Assembly: GCA_000320545.1 (NCBI GenBank)
Contig: ADNK01000489.1
Span: 1 to 64,000, forward strand
Length of the DNA: 64,000 nt
Direction of reading: 5' to 3'
Origin: Bigelowiella natans CCMP2755
Lineage: Eukaryota; Protista; Cercozoa
Shown: in pieces, positions 46,897 to 60,954 of the stretch
How positions within the stretch are numbered: position 1 is the stretch's first letter
How the letters are laid out: each line of letters starts with the position of its first letter
Notes under the pieces: model-generated
Databases searched by the model: none
What the model saw: only the letters and a program-made list of their open reading frames with translations
What the model was told of the DNA's origin: nothing
Program-made: the position numbers and the translations under genes

Positions 46897-49275
46897 ATGA
46901 TGAGGCGCCGTCTCTTGAGGGTGGATTCTCTCACTGGAGATTGGGTACTGAGTGAAATGAGGAAATCATGCGCTCTGGGCGCATTTTGCGTGTTTGCAAT
47001 GAATCGCTATGCTTTCCTATAGGTGGTGTTTGCCCCTGGACGTCGCCATCGACCAAAACAAACGTCCTCTCCAGCGTCAGCCTTAGCGTACGTTGTGAAA
47101 TGCACGAAATTTATCGTCGAAAGTATTCTTTTGATATGCACAGACCGTCTTCACGAGCACAAACAACAGTACCCAAATCGTTTTGCTCCCTTAAATCCAG
47201 TCATAGTCACCACATTGCTTTCATTCTCAAAAGATTTTGCTGGAAAGAGAATTCATTTGAAAAAAATGCTCTCAGCAGCAAGAAATTTAAGACTTCTAAT
47301 GCGCCAAGAAGGCTGGATTCGTGTCCCTTTTGCCCTGGCAACGAGCATATGACCCCCCCGCCGCTTCTTCAGATTCCAGATGGCCTTGATATCACGGGAA
47401 ACAAGCCGCACGAGCCACAGCAGACACAGGAAGAAAAAGAAACAGAATCCACTTGGAAACTAAGGGTCGTCGAAAACAAGGTGTCGATTGAGGAAGGGCA
47501 TCGCTTACTCGTGTTGGTTGTTATTATCAAGATATTCCTCACATACTTCGTTGTTTCTGTTATTAATAAACGTAGTACCCAGCAGTGGTGCCGATCACTA
47601 CTATTGAAGCCTCCACTGCAGCAGCCCTAGCTGTGCAGAAAGCAGGCGTCGGCTTGCACACAGAGCTTCAGGATGAGTTCCAAATAGAGGCAGTTGGCCA
47701 CCACGAGGTAGGCTGTGAAGCGGCATTGTGTTTCAAACTTACTCGCCAGGGCAACTAATTTCTGGACAATGGGACCAACATGATGCCACTACTAGGATAA
47801 TTAAGTAGTAATACTTCTCACAACGTCTGCTGTGTTCGAAACCATGGTAGGTAGTGATTGAGAGTCCAAATCATAACGAGGTGCTTGCTCTGAGCTCCCT
47901 TTCTGCGATAGAAGACTTACTAACGGCCTGGCGAGCACGAGGTTGTGACTGCCGCAGTGATTTAATTGTGATCACATGTGGCTTTTAGCTGGCACCACAA
48001 CATATGTCTGCTCGGAGAAGTTGTCCAGGCAGTTAGTTGCAGCAGCGAAAAGAAAGTGCATCTATAGAGGGACAAGGACGAACAAAAAATGTGAACTTTT
48101 TTAAAGTAATATCCCTTTATCATCAGGACAAGAACTAGCAGCCGATCCATGGATTCATCACATCATTTACTTCAAGAATTGTGGCCCAGGGTAGGTGGTT
48201 TCGCCGTAATTGGGAATCGGATCACCAGAATCCTTCTTCCGTTACAACACTTGCATTCATCCATATCATCATCATCACTATTATCATTATAATTCAGTAT
48301 AATCATCATCGTCATCATCATCATTATCATCATGATTTCATCACTATCAGATCAGGGGCTTCCCTAGTACATCCCCATAGCCAAATCGTAGCCCTTCCCA
48401 TTGTCCCCCAACAGGTAACGACAGAAGAAAGACTTTTTGGAAAAAAATCGAGAAAATATTCGATCATCTCACTTCTTCTTCATTTTCATGGAGAAACGTG
48501 AGAGTTTGGACAACACCAACGATTGATGCCTTGGCTGATTGATAGTGAACACTTGCGAACAACTGATCCAAATGATAGTCCTCACTGCGAGGATTCCTTC
48601 AAGAATATTTTCGAATTGAGTGGGTCGTCGTTCTCTTTCTCTCCTCTTGCAAACAAGGTTGAGAGCCACCAACAGCGGGCAAGAGACTACTACACATCAC
48701 GAGGACATTCTGTATTCCATGGAATGATTCAGGTACTCGTCGTTTCTTACACGCATGGGTACGCGAACGATAAAACAACCCATTCCACCGAATCATCGTA
48801 CGCATAAGGAAGGGTTAATAGCAAAGCTGACCTTACACGATCAACAGAGAATCGAGGACGAGATGGAGCTAGGCGATTCGTTCTCTCTCCCGAGCCAAGA
48901 CTGTAACGCAAGTACCGTCTTAGATCTCGCAAACAGAAACGGCAGCAGCAGCAGCAGCAGCATCAGTAGCAGACTAGTAGATCTCACGGACTCCTTCATC
49001 GCCTTCATCCCCTTCGCTGCCATCTCTCCCTTTTTTATCCGCATTGTGCCCAGGTCAGTTGTTGACCATTCCATAGCAGATCCGTTGTTGATGTTCCAAC
49101 AAGTGAACAAACACTGTTACGGCATTATTTGCTATATCCCCTGCCACAACGACCACCGTATTCGAATTTCTTTAAGCTCTACTGCTACCACCCAATTTCA
49201 GGTTCGAATCGGCTACGTTTCACTCGGGCCTTACAGACGAATATATACCGGGTTCTCCCGACACACACACGCACA

Positions 49276-49331
<56 letters not shown>

Positions 49332-50499
49332 ACCAGCACAGTACACAGGCGCATATGCGCGTGCGCACATGTGCAACAATGTAAGGTAAAGACTACGAAA
49401 GCAAAGAGAGATGGGCTAAAGATGCACCAAGCGAGAAGAAACATAAAGAAAAGCATGTTGCCTTAGTTTTACGTTCTTCGTTGCATTCTCTCACATACCC
49501 TACACCTCACAGAGCTTGCTTGCATCCTAAAGCGCTGCTTGCAACGACTGCATGTTGAGTTGGACGAACCCGACTTCAATCTAGTTGTCAGGTAACGTAT
49601 TCGCCATCATCGGCACTGCTGCTGCAATATCTGCTTGACTCTTGTGCACATGCTTCCATGCACATAATACTGGTGGACGAAATGCTCAAACAGCAGCGAA
49701 GCAGCAGTCGCCTAATCTACTCATTAGAGATAGGAAAGAAGAAGAAGAAGAAACAAAGAGAAATAAAACGAGTGAAGATGATGGTGATGATGATGATAAT
49801 GATGATGATGATGGTAATGGCAACAACCATCCTATATCATGAACCAGTATTATCGATTTCACCACTTGCCATTCACATAAGTGGATCCTAATCCTATGTA
49901 TTTGTAGGTCTGCGCCCCTTCCAAATCGAGGCTCCCAGTGCGCGTTCAATTCAGAGGTAGTTAATGAGTTCTTACAACTCAGCCCACGTAATCATAAAGC
50001 TTTTCTTACACTTGTTTTAATGTTTTAATTTGCACCGACGACTACTATATGAATTGTACCATATTACAACCGATAAAACAAATAAGTTTGAGTTCCAACA
50101 GCATACCATAGTAGCACTGCATACGTTTTCATTCTTCGAGACAACTTTTGCAAGTCGTCCATCCATATGCAACAAATGCGTGGCCCAGTAGAGTTGTGTG
50201 TGTGGAGGAGGCAGTTGCGTGCGTGAGATTGTGCTGCCAGGATGTGTGTATTGCTGTGCATTGTTGTTACACTACATTTAAGTATCTTCTTCACAGCATG
50301 CAAGCGTTGTGTTTCCAACTTGTACTCGTCATCTCAAACTGCTTAGGCGACGTTCCGTTGGCACATCACCATAAATCCCCGTTTGGGGGCTGGAGCAATG
50401 GCTGGTTTTGAGTTTGGAAGTGGAATCTTCAGCAACGCAAATCTCCCCGAAGATGATGCTGCCATTTTACGAAATGTAGACCTAGGCACGATTGCTTAA
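46897..50499 (+). CDS. Galactose-1-phosphate uridylyltransferase family (plant ADP-glucose phosphorylase-like), multi-exon
   Basis: LRVDSLTGDW-VVFAPGRRHRP, CPFCPGNE, WKLRVVENKYP, GHHEVVIESPNH, GASLVHPHSQIVALP (HPH), AGFEFGSGIFSN. Confidence 0.9.
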
Positions 50500-50610
50500 T
50501 TCCACTGCTAGCTAGCTAGACTGGTATGTCGTCACGAATGATGGAAACTGATGAAAAGTTCATGAATGTGTAGCGGCAAATCTCTGTGACACATCGCATG
50601 CGCTGTTATA

Positions 50611-50692
50611 CTGTAGCCGCTGCATTGCACAGCTACATATATAAGGATGACTATTAAACAAATTTAATTGACATTAATTACATTCGTCTTAC
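50611..50692 (+). mobile_element. Short copy of the LINE 3' end
   Basis: CTGTAGCCGCTGCATTGCACAGCTACAT...AGGATGACTATTAAAC...ATTACATTCGTCT. Confidence 0.85.
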
Positions 50693-51199
50693 ATCGCATG
50701 CACGCGTTACGCTACAACAACCACCCATACGGATTATGGGTTGCAAGCATACGCGATGTAACCGAAAATGCTCCTATAGATCAGCAACGAGCATGTATGC
50801 GCACAGTGTCAGATCAACTACCTAGCTAGCCAAGCCCAGCATCGCACCAATTACATCATTGCATCAGCACTGCCCGGGCCACGCTAATATATGCGGCCAT
50901 AAGGATGGAAAAATAACTTAGTCGTACCGAGCTGCAGCCTTTATGACCGCAGCAGAGCGAGCATATGCAGCATCTATCTAGAGCAGATGGCAATAATGCA
51001 AATCAGGTTTATTTCATCATCATTCATAAATTTCGACGGCTACTAATAATATTATGTACATCGCCCGACGGTATAGCAGCACAGCGTGAGCGTCCGACTC
51101 GACACCAACATCTCTTTTTCAATCTTATGCATCACGTGCTTCTTCAGCAACATGAGTAGCGCCCGTAAGAACGAGCACCTCGTCGTGTAGATGTCGCGG

Positions 51200-54100
51200 T
51201 TACGTAGATCCTCTGGCCTGTAACTTGCGAGAGCTCTGTCTCCGTAGCTGAGAGGAACGTCTGTTGGTGGGAACTCGGACGACGGCCGACTTGCTCTTTT
51301 TCTTGCGAGCGCGCTCTCGTTCCGCGGCCAGGATCCTCTTGGTGACCTCCTGTATCGCACGGTACACACTGCTCCGATCCGGGGAGAGCCAGTCGTAGAT
51401 GGTCTGGCAGAAAGCTTTCCCCATGCGCTCGAAGTCCCTGGTAGTGTAGTGCTGCCCCTTGAGCGGCCCCATGTTGGACCCGCAGAAGGAAGCCTCCATC
51501 GTGTACGAGTTCCATATCCGCAGCTCGCGCCAGAACACGACCCGGGCAGACCCTTTCTTGCGCTTCAGCACCGAGAATTTGCAGTCGGAGAACTGGAAAA
51601 GATCCGGCGCGCGGTTGGAGAGCATCATCGGGAATATCTGCTCACGGGCTTTCCACTGGCTGGCCATGAATAGTGGATCGGATGACCCGGGCGATGAGCC
51701 CATCTGCTGCTGTAGCTGGTGCTCCCCAGAGCCAGGGAAATTAGCGGCAGCCTCCATAGCTTCCTTCTTCCCGATGAACCCGCCAGTCTTCACGTCTGGC
51801 ACTTCGTCCTCACGTAGCGGCTTGATTTGCGCCTCGCTATCGTTACAACCGTACAGGCAGAAGTTCTTCATGACGCTATGGCCATGGAAGTCACAGTAAA
51901 GCATCACAGGCCGCTGGCGGGCGAGCGCAGACAGCAGCTGTTTGACGGCGAAGATCGTAGGATGCTTGATTGGGCATGGGTTCTCCCAGTGGCGGTTGAG
52001 ATCCACGCCCGACAAATTGCAGCGATAGTTGCCGTTGATCACGCCGTCCGGATTGAGAATCGGCACGATCTTGAACACCGCGTTCTGCCGCAGGAAGCGC
52101 GCCTCCTTCGACTCGCCGGTGAGGAACTGGATGATGCCCTTCATTACCCAACTCGAGTTGGCCTCGCCAGGGTGCACCCTGGAGGAGAGGAATACGATAG
52201 GCCTCGAACATATCGCGATCTCGCCCCCCCCGCTACAGTTGTTGCTGTTGTTACTGCTACTACTGCTACCAGCTGGGCTGCTGCTGCCGAAGTCAGTGAT
52301 TGTGAGGAGCTCGACGACGTTATTTCCGCGGGTTCGGCACAACGACTGGCGATACATGTAGCTCGACGCACGCTTATTGCTCTGGATGCTCCGGAGGAAT
52401 GCCCGGTTATACGAGTAGGTGAAGGGGTAGAAGTACGCGAGGCGCACGTAGTCTTCGGTGTGAGGGAATTTCATGGACATGGAGAGCGTGTAGAATGTGT
52501 CGGGAGAAGAAGAGGATGGAGAGGAGGAGGAGGAGGAGGAGGTGGTGGTGGTGGTGGACGCCGTGGCGGATGCAGACGGCGGGGAGGGTTGATGTTTGGC
52601 ACTGCTGGTGCTGGTGCTGTGTCCCTTCGAGTCTTTCGTATCGTACTTGCCTGTCGTTGAGGCTACACGACCTGCGCCCGAGCCCTCAGGTGCGGGAGCA
52701 TTGATCACGTTACCGTTGTTGCTGTTGTTGTTGTTGTTCTTGGCGGTATCCCCCCCCCCAATTGTGCCCCCCGCCGCGGTGGTGATGTTGGAGTTGGCGT
52801 TCTCTTCGTCGCTATCGCTGCCGGCGTCCTGATCTTGACTCACATCCAGGCTGACCCGCGCGCCCGCCTTTGTATAGGCGTTGTGGAAGTACGAAACAGA
52901 TGTGGCGTCTACTCGGACCCAGCCCTGCCCGGTGGCCTTGTGCTCCTTTGCACTGAAGATCACTGGGCGCATGCCGTCGTTGAACACGGACGACGACTTT
53001 TCGTTGTTTATGATGTTGAAGGTGTAGGTTTGGCCGGCGCGCATGTGCTGCACTCCGAAGTAGAACCACTGCGTGAAGCCGTTGGTGTTCGTGTCGGGAT
53101 GGAGAATGAGGTCGTACTCCGTCGGACCTACTCGGATGGCTCGCATCAGGTTGCCTTCCTCAAAGTCAGACTCGAAGCTCAGAGCAGGAATGCTGCCTTC
53201 CCCACTACTACTACTACTACTACTACTACTCCCAGTAGTAACCCCCTTCCTCCTCTTCTCCCCCCCCCCGGCCGTCATCCTTTTGTATGCCCCTCCCATC
53301 TTTTTTGCGTTGCTGCTGCTGCTGCTACTATCGAACACCAGCTTTGGCTTGAGAGTGGAGGAGGAGTTGTTGGTGAGGCGTTTGAAATTGTTGAACATGT
53401 CCCTGAGGTACTGGCCCTCGCCAGTCGGGTTGGACTGGAGGACCTCCGGGGCCTCCTTGTGTTTCGTTGCTGGAACATAAGCCATCGGGGTCATGCCAGG
53501 CGGGGCGTCCTCGTGCGATTTCTTTCCCGAGGCGAGCATGGTGGGAAGTGCTAGCATCGTGTCTGAGACTGCGCGCCAAATCTTCTGATCCTCCTGTGGC
53601 ACACCTACCACTTGCCAAAGTTCAGGGCAGAAGGCGATCAGCTGTGATTCCCATCTGAGCGAAGGCGATGATGGCGAAGGCGAGGGGGAAGGGGCTGATG
53701 AGGTTGATGCAAGGAGGATGGCAGGGTAGTTGGCGTCCACAGTCGTCAGCTGGTGCTTCATTGCTACCCTTCTCAATATCTGTCTCGTATCGTAGAGCTG
53801 TATCTCCTCCTCATTCGTCGATCTTTGATCTTGACCTCCCCCCTCTTTCCCTCTCCGCGACGACGCTAAGTTGCGACTACCAGATTCTCCTCCGCTGCTG
53901 CTGTCACCTGTGTTGGCGAGTGGGGTCGTCGTGGGTATGGCCGAAGATTCGGACGCGATAATCCGGCGTTGAAGCAGGCTGAGTAGAGAGCTTGCAATTT
54001 TGAGAATAGAGGTGGCGACGTTGTTGCCTGACTTTGCCGCTACTGTAGCGTCTCCCGTTACGGGTAATGCATTCCATACAACCTACAAGATCACACGAGT

Positions 54101-55562
54101 TTGACGACGACAACCAAAAACAATTTTATGATTTATTAGGATATCGCTGTTAAAATCTTGACCAAATAATAACAGAAACTAATGCTCATCAACTGCCATG
54201 GTAGAAATTAATCTTTCTCTATTTGCAGAAAGGAAAGCTGAAAACGATGATGTCTCAAATTGTAAGTGGGAGAGTGATCGACCACACCTCAAACCCTCCA
54301 GACGAGAGGAAGACCGAACACGCCTTCTTTGAACTATTGAGCATTAGCGCCTTGAGCATTTTCAAGATAAGCTCCATCATCTTCAGATCCAGCCGCCGAC
54401 CATACCGTGAGAGTATCTTCATGGCCCATTGAAAGTACCCCTCGTCCACCATCACTTCTGCGACGATGGGAACGACAGTTGGCATCCGTTCAAGGACCGG
54501 TAACAACGCCATCATCACTCCGATGTCCTCGTTGTTCATCTTGCCATTGCCGTAGAAGTGGCCTACGCTAAGCAGCACTTTCACGAACGACACTCTGTTC
54601 CTAGTCAAGAGCCGTACTTTGTTCCACCCCCCCTTCCGGATGAGCTGTGACGCTAGCTGTAGGGTCTGGGTGACCACAGAACTATATTGCAAGATACTTT
54701 CATGTCTCAAGACGTCAATGATACGTTTTAAGCCGCCTTCCAGCCGTACGACAAGAGGTCCCTTTTTCTAGTGTGTGCAGGTAGGCGTAAGCGGTCAGTC
54801 AATCGGAATTTTGAGGCAGCAGGTGAGGAATGCACTACTTACTACTACAACTGTATTGATAATCCATTTTTAGAACCTCGTGCTCACACAGAAGGGATGC
54901 GAACTTGAAGCCGTGGAGAACTATATCGGGGTTCTGCTTGTGTTTCTTTACACTCTTCATAACAAGGGCCAATGAGTCCGAAGCAAACAAGTATTTCCGA
55001 ACCGCTGATGGTGGATGGCAACAATTCATCAATATGGAAAGAATATGGACGCAAGGAACAGCATTGGTGAATATCATAGTCAACATAAATGCACCAGCAA
55101 GCTGTAAAAAAGATAGTAATCACTCTGTTCGTGGACCTTTTCCCATCTGTGCACAGAGATGGAGGGAAGACACCAAGTTCAAGGTGATGTCGGGATGACT
55201 CCCTACACAGGCTAGACAATCTAAGATAGCGCCCAGATAAGTGTACACGTTACTCGAGGGGCTCTTTAGGCCTCGACTACCTAAAAACAAATATAGTAAA
55301 AGCCTGCAAATTTGTTTTCACAGTTCTGCTGGCGCCCACCTTTCCGTACTCGTCTCAATTCATGGGCTATTGCTTCATGGACGTATTTAGCTGATTCTGT
55401 CATGGTCTTGATATCCCCTGAGCGGAGAGCGAGGACGTGTTCGCTAGCACTGTTGTCCTCCGGGCCTGCCCATGTAGAGTTCGAGTTTCCGCCCCCACCA
55501 TCCCGGCCATCAATTCCGCCAGAGTTGGCGCTTGTAGAATCCCTTGTGCCATGGGCTATCAT
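51200..55562 (-). CDS. Cytosolic carboxypeptidase (M14D, Nna1/CCP1-like tubulin deglutamylase) with helical N-terminal region; multi-exon, start approximate
   Basis: FESDFEEGNL, TQWFYF, YFYPFTYS, SRVHPGE, NPDGVINGNYR, DLNRHW, DFHGHS, SYTMEASFCG; upstream ARM-like exons 54255-55400; poly-S/T/N inserts. Confidence 0.9.
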
Positions 55563-56453
55563 ACTGCTCCTCCTCACTTGGCTGGCATCCTATTGCCCCA
55601 GCGTCTCAGTGTCTGGCGTTGCGCATAGGATGCTTCTTCTCGGGATGGGCCTTGCTCCTCTCGCACCCGCCGGGGTGGGGTTGTACAAGACGAGGATCGT
55701 AGATGATGTTTTTGGCCTGCGACATTGGTTTCGTCGGAATTTTGTCCTACGACTCGCTGCAAAAGATGTCGCTGTGGACAAGAGGATAAGAGTCTCCCCA
55801 GTGGCTCTCGAAGCGGTTACAACCCAGCCAATCAAACTAAAACATGGTCGAACTTTTGTGGTTTCCAGGCCTTTTCCGGCGACAGACAACTTCTGTACCT
55901 TATTACCGGTACACGGACAAACTAGCAAGTAATAATAATTCGCTGGTACGACAATTCCGTTTTCCGAGCCGAGAACTGATCAACCCGAAGCTTCATCTCA
56001 AAAATTCCGGAGGATATCTAAATGCGACATAAATCAAAAGAGCAGATCTTTTAAAAATAGCAAGCCAAATTAATAACCGGATAGATAGAGCAGTTAGCAA
56101 CCCCCCAGCATTACCTCTCAGTCATCCAACCAAAGCCCATAAAGAGAAGGGCATGACAACGAACCAGGAGTAGAAGACAATAGGAAAATAGCAGGATTAG
56201 AGGTACCTGCTTTCGACGTTGGTAGAATTCTTACAGAAAGGGAGATCTGATGAGAGTCTTCTCGTAACCTAATAATCTGTGAATAAAAAATGGAACTTAA
56301 TAAGAAGAAAAGAACTGATGCTTTTCACCTTAACATCTAGCATCTGCTACCAGCTTTGATGAAATTATTCATCCTAACTTAACGATACATTCTCCAGCAG
56401 GTCCTTGGAGACTCTAGTTGCTGTTAGTACCCTACCTTTTCTCCCTTTTAGAC

Positions 56454-58281
56454 ATGGGAATTGTTGTACAAACTTGCGTCTTTGACCCGCCATATCATCG
56501 CTGCTGCTACCCGTGCGGGAAGTGCTGTGATTCTATCTGCGGTATGACTAATTTGAGCTAAATTAGAAGTGGTAGTGGTGGACAATATTAAGTCGCTTAA
56601 TTTCTTCCCGATTGTGTCCTTCGTTTCGATATAGCTGCGGTTTGCTGCTACAAGAAGGAGAGTTTACCATACCTCCCGGAGACGAACGGAGAGTATTCAA
56701 AAGGTCAGAAACTTACTAAAGGAAGCTCATATATATAAACGGCGGCTCAAATATTGATAGTTGTATGCAAATACCAGTTCCTCTAGATTATGGGCAAGTG
56801 CATACACGAATAAAAAGACATCATGAGTCGATTTACCATATTGTATCTTGGTTGTTCAGTCTTGATTCATAGTCATTTTTAATTGACATATCTCCTTCAG
56901 TCTTGGAGAGACTGACTGCACGAGGATCCACTTTCCACATTTGGGAAGGGCAACCCGTAAAATATGTAAAACGCTGGAGCCAAGGAAAACCTTACTACAC
57001 CGACCTATCTGATGATCATAGCACCTGGGCTCGGTAATATACAGACTTGATGATGATAATAGTGATGATACGTGAGGAAGGACGTTTTACGCTTCTCTGC
57101 GTTCTTTCCAGGTTAGACGCAAGATTGAAAATTTTAAAAATGATAAATAGGCCGAAGGGTTTTGGGATGTCCCCAAAGAACGCAAAGTTCCACATCATCT
57201 ACAGTCACGGGAGGAGGGAGGATATTACAATGTTCTCCCCACGCTGGCGGCTACAGAAGCTTGCATGGAGCCTGGATTCAGTATGGTAGGAAGAAATAAA
57301 TACAATAAAGGATAAGGAAGAAGATTGACACATCCTCAAAGTCTCCACTTGCGCGTGACACATAAATATTTTCAGTTATATGTATGAATGGCCTGGATAC
57401 GCAAAATCTTCCGGTCTTCCAAGTCAACGCAGAGTGTATGAGTCTATCCGTGCCACATATGATTACATTGTGAAGGTTTGTGCTAAGAGAGTAGTGCTAA
57501 TGCTTCGCATATGGACGTGTTGTATGTACACGCACGCCAACACCTAGATACCACACTCCGGCGTGGAGAGTGTGCATAGAATATGAAAATAAATATGAGA
57601 AGATACACTAAATATGATGGACATGTTTATTCAGGAGAAGAAGATAGATCCCTCGAGAGTGATCCTTTACGGGATGTCTCTTGGTACGGCACCAACAGCA
57701 TGGCTGGCTTCCCAGGTGATCAAATACTACTACACTATCCTTATGGTTTCCTTATCATCACCAATCATCATTATCGTACGTCAGGTTCCTGTGGGGGGCA
57801 TTATTCTTCAATCCGGATTCACCTCCATCTGCCGTGTGGTCTCGAGTCATTGTGGCTGTAGAGGTGGAGAAGCAAATGGCTAGAATGACACACACGAAAG
57901 GAATGCAATGCATCAAATTGTAGGACTCTTATTTTTTGTCTTCCTCTCTTTCTTTCTCCCATACACGCAATTTCAAAGACAGCCATACACGCGCATCTTT
58001 ATTTTCTACATGTTATCAACAGCTTCCATATTCCATCACGGTCTATGTTCCTTGTATACCATATGATTACTTATCATGAATACCGGACATAGGGTTGTGC
58101 GCGTGTTGCCTTCCTGGCTGCTCGCACTGCTGTGATGTGTTCGACACGTACGATCTTGCGAACGATGTGAAATGCCCTGTGTACATCCTGCACTCGAAGA
58201 GCGATGAGGTAGCTCACTGACTATGAATGTACGTGCATGTGAATAATATATCTGTAACTATATAACAGATATACAAATATA

Positions 58282-58315
<34 letters not shown>

Positions 58316-58889
58316 TACATATACATATATAAATATAAATATCTATAATGTGTACGATTTTGTGCCACTGTGTATCAGTGTTATGTAAGCTTGGTTACCT
58401 TGCTCGCAATAGGTGATACCATTTGAGCATGCAGAAGATCTACTGGAAGCTTTTCGAGGCAAGATCTATAAGCCGCCTTACATCGTCGATGTAAGTGTGT
58501 GTCTTAAGCTTATAATATGAAAACTGTGTGGGACTAATTGCTCGAAATAATAAATTAGAGAAAATCCATCCTTTACAATTTATCACTAAAAAGGAAGAGA
58601 GAGAAAGAAAGAGAGGGGGAGCGGAAGAGAGAGCAACACCTCATCTATTATATGCCGATCATTATTTTTCCAGGATGTAAAGCACGATTTCTTCCCGGTG
58701 CAGACTCGTGAATACGTCGAGAATTTAAAGGGTTTTTTGGATTTTGTAGCAGAAAAATGCCAGAGTGGTTTTAATGACGACCAAAAAGCATCAGCTGTCA
58801 CTCATATTCCCAGTCGAACCGAGGTCGCAGATAGCGAGAGCAGCGAAACATCTTGCGAGGTATCAACGAAGAGAAACAAAACGGACTGA
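56454..58889 (+). CDS. ABHD17-like alpha/beta hydrolase (depalmitoylase family), multi-exon
   Basis: N-terminal Cys cluster, IIYSHG, YEWPGYAKSSG, LYGMSLGTAP (GxSxG), GIILQS, CPVYILHSKSDEVIPFEH, catalytic His in VKHD. Confidence 0.85.
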
Positions 58890-59463
58890 TTATATTGGTG
58901 AGGTTGCACCTTCTTATTTCATAGCTAGATAGCGTCGGCGTCAGACCGCACGCGCATGTTTTCAATCCATTGAAGTGTCGCATAGGTCCAAAGCACTTTG
59001 CAATGAAATGGCATCATCAAATCGATGCAACTTAGCGCGCAGTAGCGAATTCTACGGGACAAACAATGCTTCTTCCGATCCCTACCATTCTAGCATTGTG
59101 CGCTCGCAATAGCTTGCCGTGTCATCGCAACATGCTGCTGCTTGTGCGATTACGCTTTGCCTTGTGGCGCATGCAGTGGCTAACATGTCAATACGTACAT
59201 CTAAATTCACTGGGGATGAGCTAACTGATCGACATTTGTGCAGCACACAGTTTTGGACTTAGCATATATATGTGCAAGCAAGCAAGCAACAGTGAAACTT
59301 CTTGTGTTTGCGCAGCCCAGTGCTATGTGCATCATTTAGAAGCAGCACATCTCTAGATCTTAAGCACCGTGTGCAATTCTATTTATGGGAAAAATATCAA
59401 GCTCCGAATTTATTTGATACACGGACTGGCCTATGTTTTCGTATTGGTTTATTGATTTTCGCT

Positions 59464-60123
59464 TCATGATGCCGAATCGATTTTGATTTTAGACCCACCC
59501 TTTGCAACATCTGCTTCAAATACCTTCTTCACCTCTCCACCTACGCTGCTTACATACTGCTCGACTCCAGCATAAAGCTCACCGTAATTCTCCTTGAGAT
59601 AAGCAGAGTCGAAGGCGCGAATCTCAGTAAACTTGGCTTCGTCTTGACCGCTAAGACGTGCTTTGACCAAATCAAGGACATCCTTCGGATGGGGCCGATC
59701 TTTCGCCCCACCAAGGTTCATGACGGAGGGCTGTATCCGCCAATTGAATAGTTCCTTTTCTCCTCCTTTCGTTAGAATGATTAGAGCAGGTTGTGCCATC
59801 CCATTTGGATATCCTTCCTTGTCTGAGATGGCAACCCTGAACCTCTTTGCCAGCTCGTTCTCTGGATCTGAAAACACATCGAACGAGAGTTTCCAGTCCT
59901 TCTGAGCCTTTTGAGCAAGTTCGTCATCTTGAGCGGTAAAAGCGATGACTTTGCCTCCTATCTTAACAAATCCAGGCACAAAATCCTTGTCGAGAGTTTG
60001 TGTCCAACCAGCGCAAAAAGGGCACCAATTTCCACGGAAAAACGCGAGGGCAACGTGCTTGTTCGCCTTGAGCTCGACCTCTAGATGCACGGCAGCCGAG
60101 GGAATGGAAGATTTCGAAGACAT
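59464..60123 (-). CDS. AhpC/TSA (peroxiredoxin-like, thioredoxin fold) protein, intronless
   Basis: FFRGNWCPFC (CxxC), FSDPENELAKRF, QPALIIL. Confidence 0.85.
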   Translation of the reverse strand: MSSKSSIPSAAVHLEVELKANKHVALAFFRGNWCPFCAGWTQTLDKDFVPGFVKIGGKVIAFTAQDDELAQKAQKDWKLSFDVFSDPENELAKRFRVAISDKEGYPNGMAQPALIILTKGGEKELFNWRIQPSVMNLGGAKDRPHPKDVLDLVKARLSGQDEAKFTEIRAFDSAYLKENYGELYAGVEQYVSSVGGEVKKVFEADVAKGGSKIKIDSAS

Positions 60124-60202
60124 GTGTGCTAATGCTTTTTCACTTTAGATTGCGCTGAGGGATGATTTTTGTTCGTGGGATGATTGTTTCTGCATGCGAA
60201 GG

Positions 60203-60508
60203 GATCGCTGTTCCCGCGAACGAAGTGCTTCCTTTGCCAGGGATCGGCGTTGGATGATGCAATACGACATCACATAATTTCTAGTCGCAGGCATTCATCG
60301 GCAGCTTGTTCGGCCATAGTTTCTTTCGGAAGAGAGAAGGGAAGGAAGCAAGACCGCTGTCCCCGAAGGAAGTGCTTCCTTTGCGATGAGCATCAGGGAT
60401 TGACCTTGGATGATGCAATACGACAGAACAAAATTTCTTGTCGCAGGTGTTCATCGGCTGCTAGTTCGGCTCCAAAATCTTCCGGAAGAGAGAAGGGAAG
60501 ACGAAGAA
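60203..60508. repeat. Diverged tandem duplication (~150-bp unit, 2 copies)
   Basis: GAAGTGCTTCCTTTGC...TTGGATGATGCAATACGACA...GTCGCAGG...TTCATCGGC...CGGAAGAGAGAAGGGAAG occurs twice. Confidence 0.85.
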
Positions 60509-60954
60509 ATATCTCGTCGACTCGTTCGTAAATTGTAACTGCGACAACAAACAAGCCTTGGCGGACAGTAATTCCAGTGTTATTTTGAAAAACGCTTCCT
60601 CCTCTCGAGTGATTTCAGGATTTCCAGCCTGTCCAGTCGAAAATGATTGAATCCGAGAGCTATCTGGCAAAATCCCATTTGTCGTTTCTACATCACAATG
60701 AACTATGGATGGGAGGCCATTTCATTATGGAGACAAATAATCGCATACATTGAATGGCAACGCGCAAAAACCGATCCTGGACGTGTGAACAATAATTCTT
60801 GAAACGGTATCAGATTAGCCTTAATTTCAGGTACGCGACAACTATTTTATTGCAGAAACAGCACATATTACCTTAGTTTTCTCCAGTGTATCCCTGCTCA
60901 GACGTGAAAGACGCAAAGAAACCTCTCCCCTCACATCGTCTTTCCCCTTTCAGG

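Noticed and set aside
51449-53554. Long plus-strand ORFs opposite the carboxypeptidase
   Set aside because: Shadow ORFs of a GC3-rich coding exon
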